From an uncultured virus (IMG/VR IMGVR_UViG_3300006141_000006) (lineage: Duplodnaviria; Heunggongvirae; Uroviricota; Caudoviricetes): a stretch of 64,000 bases of DNA. The stretch lies in the IMG/VR virus record IMGVR_UViG_3300006141_000006; one strand, given 5' to 3'. The stretch's first letter is position 1. Each line of letters opens with the position of its first letter. The position numbers and the translations under genes are program-made. This document shows positions 18,942 to 27,860 of the stretch, piece after piece. The notes under the pieces are model-generated. The model did not search any database. It was not told the DNA's origin and saw only the letters and a program-made list of their open reading frames with translations.

Positions 18942-19329
18942 TATTGATTTTTCCAAAGGCATCACCTTCCAGGATCAGCCCTCCCTTACTTGGATCGCGG
19001 ACCCGGTGACCCACCGGCTCCGGGGCAGAGGGGACAACTACCAGGCCGTCTGCCAGGCGGTAGAGGTCATTGTCAGTGTGGAGCGGTTCCACTGGCAGAT
19101 ATATACCCCAAACTTCGGGACCGACCTGGAGGGGCTGCTGGGCAGCGATCCGGGCTACGTGGCCTCTGAGCTCCAGCGCCGGCTGTCCGACGCCTTCCTG
19201 CCCGATAACCGCATCCTGGGGATTACGGACTTCTCCTACACCTTCCGGGATACCACACTGACGGCCGAGGTGACCGTCAACACCGTGTTCGGCCCCGTCC
19301 CAACCACTGTGGAGGTGACGCTCAGTTGA
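18919..19329 (+). CDS. Baseplate wedge/sheath initiator (XkdS/DUF2634-like)
   Basis: ERF...IY..NFG; VNTVFG motif. Confidence 0.8.
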   Translation: MATLPQADIDFSKGITFQDQPSLTWIADPVTHRLRGRGDNYQAVCQAVEVIVSVERFHWQIYTPNFGTDLEGLLGSDPGYVASELQRRLSDAFLPDNRILGITDFSYTFRDTTLTAEVTVNTVFGPVPTTVEVTLS

Positions 19330-20444
19330 TTGATTTTGATACCAAGACCTACCGGGCCCTGGTCAACACCATGCTGGCCCGTGTGCCCAACTCCCTGGAC
19401 AAGCGGGAAGGATCCATGATCCAGACGGCCCTGGGGGCGGGGGCCTATGCCCTGGAGGAATTCTATCTGGACTTGGACAAGGTGCAGCGGGGTGGCTTCA
19501 TCCAGACTGCCGTGGGACACGACCTGGAGAATCTGGCCGTCATCGCCAATGTGGAGCGTTACCCGGCCTCTCCGGCGGTGCGGCTGGGGGTGTTCAACTT
19601 GGACACCATTCCTATCGGGGCCCGCTTCTCCACCATCGACGGCGGGGACAGCGTCAACTTTGCGGTCACCGCCCAGCTGGGGCCCGGCCGCTGCCAGCTC
19701 ACCTGCGAGGTACCCGGCGTCATCGGAAACCAGTATACTGGCCCCATCCTGCCCATCACCACCATTCCCGGGCTGAACTCCGCCCAAATTACCGATATCC
19801 TGGTGGCGGGTGACGACGAGGAGACCGACGAATCTCTACGGGGACGGACTATCTCCGCCCTGCGGGAGCGCCCCTTTGGGGGGAATGTGGCCGATTACAA
19901 GCGGGTGGTGCTGGCCATTGATGGTGTGGGCGGTGTGCAGGTCTACCCCACCTGGAACGGCGGAGGGACAGTAAAACTGTCCGTCCTGGGCTCTGACTGG
20001 ATGCCGGCCTCTGCCCAGCTGGTGGAGACGGTACAGAATACGGTGGACCCGCCCCCGAATCAGGGAATCGGCTATGGAACAGCTCCCATTGGGGCTCAGG
20101 TCACCGTCACTACGCCGGAGGCCGTCCCCATTAATGTGACAGCCACATTGGCCGTGGGAGCCGGCTATGTGCTTAGCCAGCTCCAGAACCAGGTGGAGCA
20201 GGCCATCAGCGCCTACCTCCTCTCCGTCCGCCAGGCCTGGGACACCCCTACACCCGCAGGACTTACCGACTACTCCAGCTGGGTCTACGTGGCACGGCTG
20301 ACAGCGGCCATCCTCCAGGTGCCCGGCGTGGTCAACGCCACGGGAGTGACCCTCAACGGAGGCGCAGCGGACCTGGAGCTGACGGAGACCGGGCAGACCC
20401 AGCAAGTGCCGGTTTTTGGAACGGTGGTGTTGACTGGTGCCTGA
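19326..20444 (+). CDS. Baseplate J-like protein (XkdT-like)
   Basis: DKREGS, G.DEETDESLR, GGNVADY, WNGGGTVK motifs. Confidence 0.9.
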   Translation: MIDFDTKTYRALVNTMLARVPNSLDKREGSMIQTALGAGAYALEEFYLDLDKVQRGGFIQTAVGHDLENLAVIANVERYPASPAVRLGVFNLDTIPIGARFSTIDGGDSVNFAVTAQLGPGRCQLTCEVPGVIGNQYTGPILPITTIPGLNSAQITDILVAGDDEETDESLRGRTISALRERPFGGNVADYKRVVLAIDGVGGVQVYPTWNGGGTVKLSVLGSDWMPASAQLVETVQNTVDPPPNQGIGYGTAPIGAQVTVTTPEAVPINVTATLAVGAGYVLSQLQNQVEQAISAYLLSVRQAWDTPTPAGLTDYSSWVYVARLTAAILQVPGVVNATGVTLNGGAADLELTETGQTQQVPVFGTVVLTGA

Positions 20445-21321
20445 GACCGATATCTGCCAATATTGGCCGGAGTGGTTCCGAAGAATCCTGGACTTCCAGG
20501 CCCTGTGCCAGACAGAGGGGGAGGAGCTGCGGGTGATGGCCGAGGCGATGGACCAGGTGCGGCAAAACCTGTATGTCCAGACCATGGATGATGGGGCTAC
20601 CGCGGAGTGGGAGTCCATTTTTCGCATCGTGGCCACCCCGGCGGTGGAGTCTCTGGATTTCCGCCGGGACCGGGTGCTGAACCGACTGTCCATGCGGCCG
20701 CCCTTTACCCTCACCTACCTCTATCAGCGGCTGGACGCCCTTTTTGGCCCCGGCAACTGGGAGGTGGAGATGGACTATCCCAACTACACCCTGTACATCG
20801 AGGCGGCGGTGGAGGATCAGCAGTACTTCTCGGAGCTGTCCGCCACCATGGACATAGTCAAGCCCTGCCACATCGTCTACATCAGCCGTCCCCGGGTGTC
20901 AGCCGCTCTCCTTTTGTCGGAGGAGATTGCCCTTACCCAGGGCAGATACAACTACCGTTTGGGCAGCTGGGCTTTGGGTCAACTGCCCTTCCGCAGCCAG
21001 GATAAGGAGGAGATTATCAAGATGGCCACACAGCCCAGTATTCAGCCTGCGTTTCTGAATCAGACCGCCGCCTTTGTGGCGGATGATGTCCAGGCTGTCC
21101 GCATCAATGGGACGCTGCTTATCAGCACCCTGTCCCATTCCAGCTCTGAAAATGTAGGCATGGTAGGGTACACCGTACTCAAGGCCCAAGTCCAGGAAGT
21201 CACCTTGATCGAACTGCTGGACGCCGCTGGGGCGGTACTGGCTTCCAGCGCGGTCTATGTGCCCATCAATGAGGATAAGGTGGCCTTCCGCCACCGCTTT
21301 ACTGTAAAGGAGGGAACCTGA
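20437..21321 (+). CDS. Baseplate wedge protein (XkdU/DUF2313-like)
   Basis: WE....I...ESLDFRR and KPCH motifs. Confidence 0.8.
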   Translation: MPETDICQYWPEWFRRILDFQALCQTEGEELRVMAEAMDQVRQNLYVQTMDDGATAEWESIFRIVATPAVESLDFRRDRVLNRLSMRPPFTLTYLYQRLDALFGPGNWEVEMDYPNYTLYIEAAVEDQQYFSELSATMDIVKPCHIVYISRPRVSAALLLSEEIALTQGRYNYRLGSWALGQLPFRSQDKEEIIKMATQPSIQPAFLNQTAAFVADDVQAVRINGTLLISTLSHSSSENVGMVGYTVLKAQVQEVTLIELLDAAGAVLASSAVYVPINEDKVAFRHRFTVKEGT

Positions 21322-21322
21322 T

Positions 21323-22861
21323 ATGGCTGCCAACAGACCTTTGCTGTCGCCCCTGCCCGCTGATCTACCAGAGGACTGGCAGGACAACCAGATTGTCGCC
21401 CCCGAGGGGGCGGACGCGGGGCTGACAGAACAGCACGGCTACAACTACCTCATGCAGCAGGTCAACGACGCCCAGCGGGCGGCGAATCAGTTGGGAGAAA
21501 GGCAAACCCAGTTCCAGAGTGACTTGGAGGATAAGCAGGACAAACTCTCTGGTACCCAGGGGCAAATAGTGGGCTTTGACGAAGAGGGACACGCCGTGGC
21601 GCAGGAACCTGACGTAGGCCGTTCTATGGCTGGACAGACGGTGGAGCCTACACAGGGGCATACTGTCACAGCAGGTGAGGGCGCGGAAGTATTCAACGAC
21701 TATCGCCCAAGAACTTTTGATGAAAATGGAGCCCCTGCACAAGGGAATGTAGCAAGTGGTCCGTATGCTCATGCAGAGGGCCAAAGAACTACTGCAAGTG
21801 GCACATATGCTTCTTCACATGCAGAAGGCTACAGAACTACCGCAAGTGGACAATATGGATCACATGCGGAGGGATATGACACTAAAGCAACCTCGCTCGC
21901 CGCGCATGCAGAAGGCCAAGAAACTACCGCAAGGGAACAAGCTTCACATGCAGAAGGCTACAGAACTACCGCAAGTGGACAATATGGATCACATGCAGAA
22001 GGTAAAAACACTACTGCTAGCGGAAGTTGTTCACATGCAGAAGGCGAAGAAACTACTGCAAATGGATCTTGTACGCATGCAGAGGGTAGAGGCACTACTG
22101 CAAATGGATACAATTCACATGCAGCAGGGAAGAACACCATTGCTAATGACTATCAATATGTCGTAGGGACTTATAATGTTGAAAAGCCAGGGGATGTAGA
22201 TAAAGACCGTTTTATAGTTGGAGGCGGATGGAGCACCCCAAAAAACGCCTTTCGTGTCAATTATAATGGTAATTGCTATGGATCTGGTTCGTGGAATACT
22301 AGCGGTGCCGACTACGCCGAACTTTTCGAGTGGCAGGACGGCAACCCGGACGCCGAGGACCGGGCGGGGCTGTTTGTGACACTGGATGGAGAATACATCC
22401 GCATTGCGACCCCGGCGGACGACTACATTCTGGGGATTGTATCGGCGTCCCCCTCGGTGGTGGGCGACGTCTACGACGACCAGTGGGCCGGGATGTACCT
22501 GCGGGACGTGTTCGGCCGGACCATCGTTAAGGAGCAGGACTTCCCGGCGGAGACAATGGAAGTTCCCGGTGAGGACGGGCAGATGGAGACAGTAGAAATC
22601 CGCCCCGCCTTCCGAGTTCCGGCCCCTGTGGTCAACCCGGAATACAACCAATCAGAGCCATACCAGCCCCGCACCCAACGCCCGGAGTGGGGTGCTGTGG
22701 GCCTGCTGGGGAAGCTGGTGGCCGTGGATGACGGTACCTGCCAGGTCAACGGCTGGGCTACGGTAGGCGTGGGCGGTGTGGCCACCGCCAGCCCCGAACG
22801 GACCAAGTACCGCATCATGGCCCGGCTGGATGACACCCATGTGCGGGTAATGATCCTGTAG
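21323..22861 (+). CDS. Tail fibre/spike with HAEG (Hep/Hag-like) repeats and C-terminal peptidase-G2-like intramolecular chaperone
   Basis: Nine S/AHAEG..T.A.G-type repeats; GADYAELFEW, PR..RPEW..VGLLGKL. Confidence 0.82.
   Translation: MAANRPLLSPLPADLPEDWQDNQIVAPEGADAGLTEQHGYNYLMQQVNDAQRAANQLGERQTQFQSDLEDKQDKLSGTQGQIVGFDEEGHAVAQEPDVGRSMAGQTVEPTQGHTVTAGEGAEVFNDYRPRTFDENGAPAQGNVASGPYAHAEGQRTTASGTYASSHAEGYRTTASGQYGSHAEGYDTKATSLAAHAEGQETTAREQASHAEGYRTTASGQYGSHAEGKNTTASGSCSHAEGEETTANGSCTHAEGRGTTANGYNSHAAGKNTIANDYQYVVGTYNVEKPGDVDKDRFIVGGGWSTPKNAFRVNYNGNCYGSGSWNTSGADYAELFEWQDGNPDAEDRAGLFVTLDGEYIRIATPADDYILGIVSASPSVVGDVYDDQWAGMYLRDVFGRTIVKEQDFPAETMEVPGEDGQMETVEIRPAFRVPAPVVNPEYNQSEPYQPRTQRPEWGAVGLLGKLVAVDDGTCQVNGWATVGVGGVATASPERTKYRIMARLDDTHVRVMIL
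21813..21996 (+). repeat. 55-bp exact direct repeat inside the tail fibre gene (21813-21867 and 21942-21996)
   Basis: CTTCACATGCAGAAGGCTACAGAACTACCGCAAGTGGACAATATGGATCACATGC occurs twice, offset 129 nt. Confidence 0.92.
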
Positions 22862-22976
22862 GCATCTACGGTGGGGCCATAGCCAGACTGATCGGGGGCA
22901 AACCGAGAACGTGAAGCAAGGCGAGGTGCAGAAATGCCCCCGTCTTTCTATATGCCACAGAAAGGGGGTGACGGGC

Positions 22977-23219
22977 ATGGAGGGCATTGTTGTGGCGCTG
23001 ATTAGTCTTGCGGGGTCTGCTGTCGGTTCCCTGGTCGGTATTCTGACCTCCTCCAAGCTGACCCAGTACCGGCTGGAGCAGTTGGAGAAGAAGGTGGATG
23101 TTCACAACCAGGTTATTGACCGGGTGTACAAGCTGGAGGAGCGCACCGAGCTCCAAGAGGAGAAAATCAAGGTGGCCAACCACCGCATTGAGGACCTGGA
23201 AAAGGCGGCGACTGCGTAG
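22977..23219 (+). CDS. Lysis-module membrane protein (N-terminal TM plus coiled coil)
   Basis: Hydrophobic N-terminus; YRLEQLEKKV..HN. Confidence 0.7.
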   Translation: MEGIVVALISLAGSAVGSLVGILTSSKLTQYRLEQLEKKVDVHNQVIDRVYKLEERTELQEEKIKVANHRIEDLEKAATA

Positions 23220-23287
23220 AGGCCTGGAGCGCTGAGAAACAGCAATTCACAAAAATGGCCGTTTTTGTAAAATGGACATAAGAAAGG

Positions 23288-23545
23288 ATGTTACAAATGA
23301 CAAAAATTGATTGGAAACGCAAACTGAGCTCCCGGAAGCTGTGGGCGGCAGCGGCGGGGATCGTCACTGGCCTGGCTATGGTGTTCGGGCTGGACGAGGG
23401 CACCATGGCCAACGTGGCCGGCGCTGTGGTGTCTGTGGCCTCGGTGGTGGCCTACATCATCACCGAGGGCAAGGTGGATGAGGCGGCCGCCAGAAAGGCC
23501 GCAGAGGATGTCCAGAAGGCAGCGGGGACGGTGCGGGATGAATAA
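23288..23545 (+). CDS. Holin
   Basis: DWKRKLSSRKLW, two TM helices, EG.VD C-terminus. Confidence 0.82.
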   Translation: MLQMTKIDWKRKLSSRKLWAAAAGIVTGLAMVFGLDEGTMANVAGAVVSVASVVAYIITEGKVDEAAARKAAEDVQKAAGTVRDE

Positions 23546-24311
23546 GCGGCCGGTCAGCTACCTTCAGACGGACAAGCGCTGGAAGTCCGTCCCCTACGCC
23601 GTGAAGGGAAAGGAGAACGGCACCATCGGCACCAGCGGCTGCGGGCCCACCTCGGCGGCTATGCTGCTGGCCACCCTGGTGGACCCTAAGATTACCCCGG
23701 TGGAGTGCGCACAGTGGTCCATGGACCACGGGTATAAGTACGTCAATCAGGGCACCGCCTGGGCCTACTTTGTTCCTCAGTTTGCCGCCTACGGCATCCG
23801 CTGCCAGCAGAACGTGGGTAAGGACCACGAGAAGGTCAAGAAAGCCCTCGGTGAGGGCTGGTACGCCATCGCCCTGATGGGCCCTGGGACGTGGACCAAG
23901 GGCGGACACTACATCGTGGTGTGGGACTGGGACGACAAGGTGAGGATCAACGACTCCGCCAGCACAAAGGACAAGCGGCTCAACGGGGACCCCGCCACAT
24001 TCAAGAAAGAGGTCAGGCAGTATTGGATTGTTGACGCCAGGAATTACAACAGAGGAGATGAGGACATGGATCAGAATAAGTTTAATCAGATGTTTGCCGC
24101 TGCCATGCAGCAGCATCGTCAGGAACTGCGGGACAACGACTGCGGCGGCTGGAGTGAGGAGGCCCGGCGTTTTGTGGTGGAGCAGGGCATCTTCGCCGGC
24201 GGCGACCCTGGCCCGGACGGCCAGCCCAACTACATGTGGGAAGATCTTCTGACCCGGGAGCAGGCGGCTCAACTGCTCTACGCTTTCGCCCGAAAGTTTA
24301 ATCTGGCATGA
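23538..24311 (+). CDS. Endolysin candidate, C39-like cysteine peptidase with C-terminal SLH-like segment
   Basis: YLQTD.RW, SGCGPTS.AM, GHYIV, IND; LTREQAA. Confidence 0.75.
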   Translation: MNKRPVSYLQTDKRWKSVPYAVKGKENGTIGTSGCGPTSAAMLLATLVDPKITPVECAQWSMDHGYKYVNQGTAWAYFVPQFAAYGIRCQQNVGKDHEKVKKALGEGWYAIALMGPGTWTKGGHYIVVWDWDDKVRINDSASTKDKRLNGDPATFKKEVRQYWIVDARNYNRGDEDMDQNKFNQMFAAAMQQHRQELRDNDCGGWSEEARRFVVEQGIFAGGDPGPDGQPNYMWEDLLTREQAAQLLYAFARKFNLA

Positions 24312-24643
24312 GGATCGAGCTTGAAGGGAGACGTCCCCGGGGACGCAGGAGGCGCCGGAAGCAGGCTGAGTACTCCAAGCAACTGATTGCCGATATCCGG
24401 GCCCTGCTCTGGGTGGTGACAGTGGGCGGGCTGCTGCTGGCCGCCTACTGTATCCGCACCGGCTACGGTGGGGCTCTGCCCTGGCTCACCGCCATGGTGG
24501 GGCTGCCCTGGACCGCCCATGGAGTGGTCTGCTCCAACTACCTCAGTATGGCCAAGTCCGACCACAAGCGGGGCGGCATCACCTATGAGGCGGCAAAGGC
24601 AGCCCACTTTGGGCAGGAAAGTGAGAACAGCCCTCCGATATGA
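24308..24643 (+). CDS. Small membrane protein at end of lysis module
   Basis: Basic N-terminus, two hydrophobic segments. Confidence 0.7.
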   Translation: MRIELEGRRPRGRRRRRKQAEYSKQLIADIRALLWVVTVGGLLLAAYCIRTGYGGALPWLTAMVGLPWTAHGVVCSNYLSMAKSDHKRGGITYEAAKAAHFGQESENSPPI

Positions 24644-24647
24644 TGAT

Positions 24648-24688
24648 AGCCCCCGTTGCGCCAATCAGCGTGACGGGGGCTTTTCTTC
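24648..24688 (+). terminator. Intrinsic terminator ending the phage A late operon
   Basis: AGCCCCCGT...ACGGGGGCT followed by TTTCTT. Confidence 0.75.
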
Positions 24689-25174
24689 ATGCCGCCTATA
24701 CGGGCCAGAAACGGCCCTAGAAGAGCCGCCACGGCGGGGGAGTGTAATTACCCTTTCCACCTTGCAAATGCCCCTGTTATTTCACCTTGATTTTCTGCCT
24801 TACTCTGTTAGCCGGGGAATATCCCGGGCCTTGAAATTCGCAATCGGTTGGGAATTTGAAAAGGGTATAAAAAATCCCTGGACGCCTTCACATCCGGAGT
24901 CAAGAAGGGAGGTCAATCTTCTCCCTTGGAGCGGGGGGCGCCGGTTCGGGTTTTCACCCGCGGTTCACTGTTGGGCGTCAGCATAATATTCGATGGACTT
25001 TTTCAGGGCTGTTTCTGGAGATGGGAACGGCCCTGATTCTAGCGTCCATTTAGCGTCTATGGACGCTAAAACTGGCAAAATTGAAGAAGGTACACAAAAA
25101 ATAAAAACCCTGAAACCCTTGCTACACAAGGATTACAGAGGTTCACTAAAATACACCAAACATGGCTAAGACAG

Positions 25175-25219
25175 TTGGTAAGGATGAGGTCCCCAGTTCA
25201 AATCTGGGTAGCAGCTCCA
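25175..25219 (+). pseudogene. att core: 3' half of tRNA-Thr(GGT) (anticodon loop to CCA), 5' half absent
   Basis: TTGGTAAGGATGAGGTCCCCAGTTCAAATCTGGGTAGCAGCTCCA contains the GGT anticodon, T-loop GTTCAAAT and CCA end. Confidence 0.88.
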
Positions 25220-25260
25220 AGAAAAGCCTTGTGCCGCAACGGTTACAAGGCTTTTCTTAT
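25219..25260. terminator. Bidirectional terminator between att core and integrase
   Basis: AAGAAAAGCCTTGT...ACAAGGCTTTTCTT perfect 14-bp stem. Confidence 0.8.
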
Positions 25261-25355
25261 TTCTCCAACGGCCCCGGAATTTCGGGTTTAGCGTCCATTT
25301 AGCGTCCAATCTGGCAAAGGTTTACCACGGAATACACAGTTGAGCGGTCGGGAAG

Positions 25356-26774
25356 TCAATTCCCGGCCGCTTTTTTCATACCCTTTTCGGGCGGATTTTC
25401 AGCTCCCACAAGGTCATTGAAACGGTCAAAGGTCTGCATGGCTTTAGCCTGGGCGGAGGCTATGGCGTGGGCGTAGATGTTGGCCGTGGTGCTGGCCTGG
25501 GCGTGGCCCAGCTGCCGGGAGACAACCACCAGGGGCACGCCGTCGGCTATCATCAGGGAGGCGTATGTGTGCCGCAGGCTGTGAACCGTCACCTTCGGCA
25601 TACCTGACCGGGCAATAAAGCCGCTGAACCACTGCGTCAGGCTGTCGGGGAACATGGGCGCCCCGGTGTCGGTGGTAAACACCCGCCCGTCCTGATCTTC
25701 CCAGGCGTCACCCAGCTGTTCCCGCCTGGTGTCCTGCCAGGCCCTATACTCCAGCAGTAACATAATAGCGGCGGTAGAGATGGGCAGAGGCCGGGCCGAT
25801 GTAGTAGTTTTCGGTGTGCCCACATAGACCCCCTTGCCGGGCAGATAGTTGGAGGTCTGGCGGATGGTGATGGTATGCTCGTCCAAGTCTACGTCCTGCC
25901 AGCGGAGGCCCAGCAACTCCGCCCGGCGCAGGCCGGAAAGAAGGTCAAAGGTGATGGGTGCCCGCCACTTGACCGGCTCGGCCTGCAACAGCTCCAGGAG
26001 ACGCCGGGCGTCGTCCTCCTCCAGATAGGCCGCCTCATGGCCGCCCAGGCTGGGCTTCTCCGCTGCGTCTGCCGGGTTGATCTGAATATAACCCCATTTG
26101 ACCGCCCGGGAGAGGACGGAGGAAAGGGTACGGTGGTAGGAGATCACGCTGGCCGGGGCCAGCGGTTCCCCGTGGGTGGTGACAGTAAAAGCCCTGGCGG
26201 TCTTCATCCCCACGGCCTGGGCGATAGCGTCAGCGGATTCCCGGTTGATGGGCTTGCCCTCTATGGCCTGCTTGACGGTGGCCCGGCTGACGCCGGCACG
26301 ACCGGCAAAGGCAGTCATGGCCCCGCGCTGAGTGCCGATCCGCTCCCGCAGGTCGATTTTACAAACGGCAGTGGTGCGGTTGCGGACCCCCTTCTCCTGG
26401 AGGTTCTGGTAAAAGCTGTTGATGTGGCCGGTACGGAGGTCACAGAGCCGGATGTGGCCGAGGGCCTGGTTGATGCGCTGAAGGTGCTCCGTGTAGGTGG
26501 CTATGGTTTTCGGTTTGAGGTACAGCTGGGCATACTCGGTCATGTACTTTTCTGCGAAGTCGACAAAGCGCATATTGCCGTTGGAGGTGGCCCCGGTCAA
26601 AACCTTTTCCTCGAACAAGACCGCTTGCCGCTCCAGCTCCTTCTTGATCTGCCGCTCAGACATTCCCGGTTCCGGTACCCACGTCATATATTGACGGAGC
26701 CGCTTGCCGGCATAGTCATAGCCCTGGGAGACGGTAATTTTATAACCTCTCCCCTGTTTTTGAATGGTTGCCAT
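25356..26774 (-). CDS. int: Tyrosine integrase (with internal HTH-like insertion)
   Basis: SGLRRAE (R), TPKT (K), HSLRH, LGH, IYAH catalytic set; ATG after GGAGG at 26774. Confidence 0.95.
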   Translation of the reverse strand: MATIQKQGRGYKITVSQGYDYAGKRLRQYMTWVPEPGMSERQIKKELERQAVLFEEKVLTGATSNGNMRFVDFAEKYMTEYAQLYLKPKTIATYTEHLQRINQALGHIRLCDLRTGHINSFYQNLQEKGVRNRTTAVCKIDLRERIGTQRGAMTAFAGRAGVSRATVKQAIEGKPINRESADAIAQAVGMKTARAFTVTTHGEPLAPASVISYHRTLSSVLSRAVKWGYIQINPADAAEKPSLGGHEAAYLEEDDARRLLELLQAEPVKWRAPITFDLLSGLRRAELLGLRWQDVDLDEHTITIRQTSNYLPGKGVYVGTPKTTTSARPLPISTAAIMLLLEYRAWQDTRREQLGDAWEDQDGRVFTTDTGAPMFPDSLTQWFSGFIARSGMPKVTVHSLRHTYASLMIADGVPLVVVSRQLGHAQASTTANIYAHAIASAQAKAMQTFDRFNDLVGAENPPEKGMKKAAGN

Positions 26775-26775
26775 C

Positions 26776-26885
26776 TTGCTTTTTCCTCCTGCATTTGATA
26801 TGATAGGAGGGCAGTTAGGCCGTCGCAAAGTCTACTGCCCTCTTTGCCCTCCTCGGTGTTGGTAGCACCGGGGAGGGTTTTTTTC
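26776..26885 (+). ncRNA. Putative antisense RNA in the integrase leader (promoter plus terminator)
   Basis: TTGCTT(26776)-17-TATGAT(26799); hairpin CCCTCCTCGGTG...CACCGGGGAGGG followed by T-run to 26884. Confidence 0.5.
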
Positions 26886-27342
26886 ATGCCCATTCGTCTG
26901 CCGGGTGCTCCGGCACGACTTCCCCCATTCGATACTCCGCAAGGGCGTTGCTGACCCCCATATAGGCGGCCGCACGCTCATAACTGCGGGACAGGTAGGG
27001 TTGTAATTCCTCGTCGCTATATATCAGGTCAACCGCAAACTGGTTGGCCTCGGTTTCATAGCGGCCAGTGATGATGAAAGTGCGGGTATCCATGAATATC
27101 CGATTTAGGCCCCGGTGAAGGAAGGAATGCCCCAGCTCATGGGCGCAGACAAAGCGTGCTGTGGCCTCGTCCAGCTCCGAGTCCAAGTAAATGATATGGC
27201 ACCGCTTCAGATATTGATAAAAGCCCCGCACCCCCACAAGGGGAGTGTGGATGATGGTGTAGCCCAGCTCTTCCGCAATTCTGAAGGGGTCACGGGTGCC
27301 GTGCTTGTCCACCAGCCTCTCCGCAAGGCGTTTAATATCCAA
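26884..27342 (-). CDS. ImmA/IrrE-family metallopeptidase (antirepressor protease)
   Basis: GTRDPF.IA, HELGH, E.EAN.FA; next to repressor. Confidence 0.9.
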   Translation of the reverse strand: MDIKRLAERLVDKHGTRDPFRIAEELGYTIIHTPLVGVRGFYQYLKRCHIIYLDSELDEATARFVCAHELGHSFLHRGLNRIFMDTRTFIITGRYETEANQFAVDLIYSDEELQPYLSRSYERAAAYMGVSNALAEYRMGEVVPEHPADEWA

Positions 27343-27349
27343 TAGCGGT

Positions 27350-27826
27350 TTACTCCTTTCTAAATTTCTTGGGGGTAAACCGCTCTTTATTTTTGACCTT
27401 GGCGGCCTCCAGCCCTAGCTTCATAGCGGCCCTGATACTCTCCCGGGCCTCGTCACTCATGGGATCTCCGTCAAACTGCAAATCGCCGGCTGTGTCCAGG
27501 GCCTCCATGATCCGCTCCAGGTCACGGGCTATATCCCGCCTGTCCCTATCTGTGAGGGTGGAAGTGCTTTCATCCTCATAGCTGTTTATGTCCTGGAGGA
27601 TACGGTCATTGTCCAGCTGGGAAAACGGATCATTGACGTTGCCTGCCAGGTAATCAACAGAAACATGGAAATAGTCAGCCATCTTATGGAGTATGGGCGC
27701 ACGGGGAACAGACCCTTTGCTCCAACCTGTTACAGTTCCAGATGATTTTACGCCACATGCGGCAGCAACAGCATTTGGAGATTTCCCGGCTTCATTGCAG
27801 AGCTCAATGAACCTAGTCCAAAACAT
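27350..27826 (-). CDS. XRE-family immunity repressor
   Basis: N-terminal HTH (...ADYFHVSVDYL); C-terminal K.FTPKK.R typical of ImmA-linked repressors. Confidence 0.87.
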   Translation of the reverse strand: MFWTRFIELCNEAGKSPNAVAAACGVKSSGTVTGWSKGSVPRAPILHKMADYFHVSVDYLAGNVNDPFSQLDNDRILQDINSYEDESTSTLTDRDRRDIARDLERIMEALDTAGDLQFDGDPMSDEARESIRAAMKLGLEAAKVKNKERFTPKKFRKE

Positions 27827-27860
27827 ATAAAATCACACCCCCGGAATTGTGCAGAATAAC

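Larger units (their letters stand above)
1..24690 (+). mobile_element. Prophage A (right part): end of early region plus myovirus-type (PBSX/Xkd-like) late and lysis modules
   Basis: Co-oriented terminase-portal-head-sheath-tube-TMP-baseplate J-fibre-holin-endolysin gene order. Confidence 0.93.
25040..25309. repeat. Putative integrase arm-type sites TAGCGTC(C/T)A(T/A), five copies
   Basis: Direct copies at 25040, 25051, 25289, 25300; inverted copy at 25059-25068. Confidence 0.8.

Noticed and set aside
21770..22150. CRISPR array or diversity-generating retroelement repeat
   Set aside because: Repeats are in-frame protein repeats without unique spacers; no cas or reverse transcriptase gene and no adenine-specific TR/VR pair seen.
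22880..22945. c-di-GMP-I riboswitch or hammerhead ribozyme
   Set aside because: Only fragments (GGCAAACC, CTGAT, GAAA) match; required stems and spacing are absent.
24468..24986. 172-aa plus-strand ORF
   Set aside because: Overlaps a better-supported gene and crosses the terminator; no RBS or motif.
25150..25219. Intact tRNA-Thr gene
   Set aside because: Acceptor 5' strand, D-arm and 5' anticodon stem are missing; only the 3' half is present.
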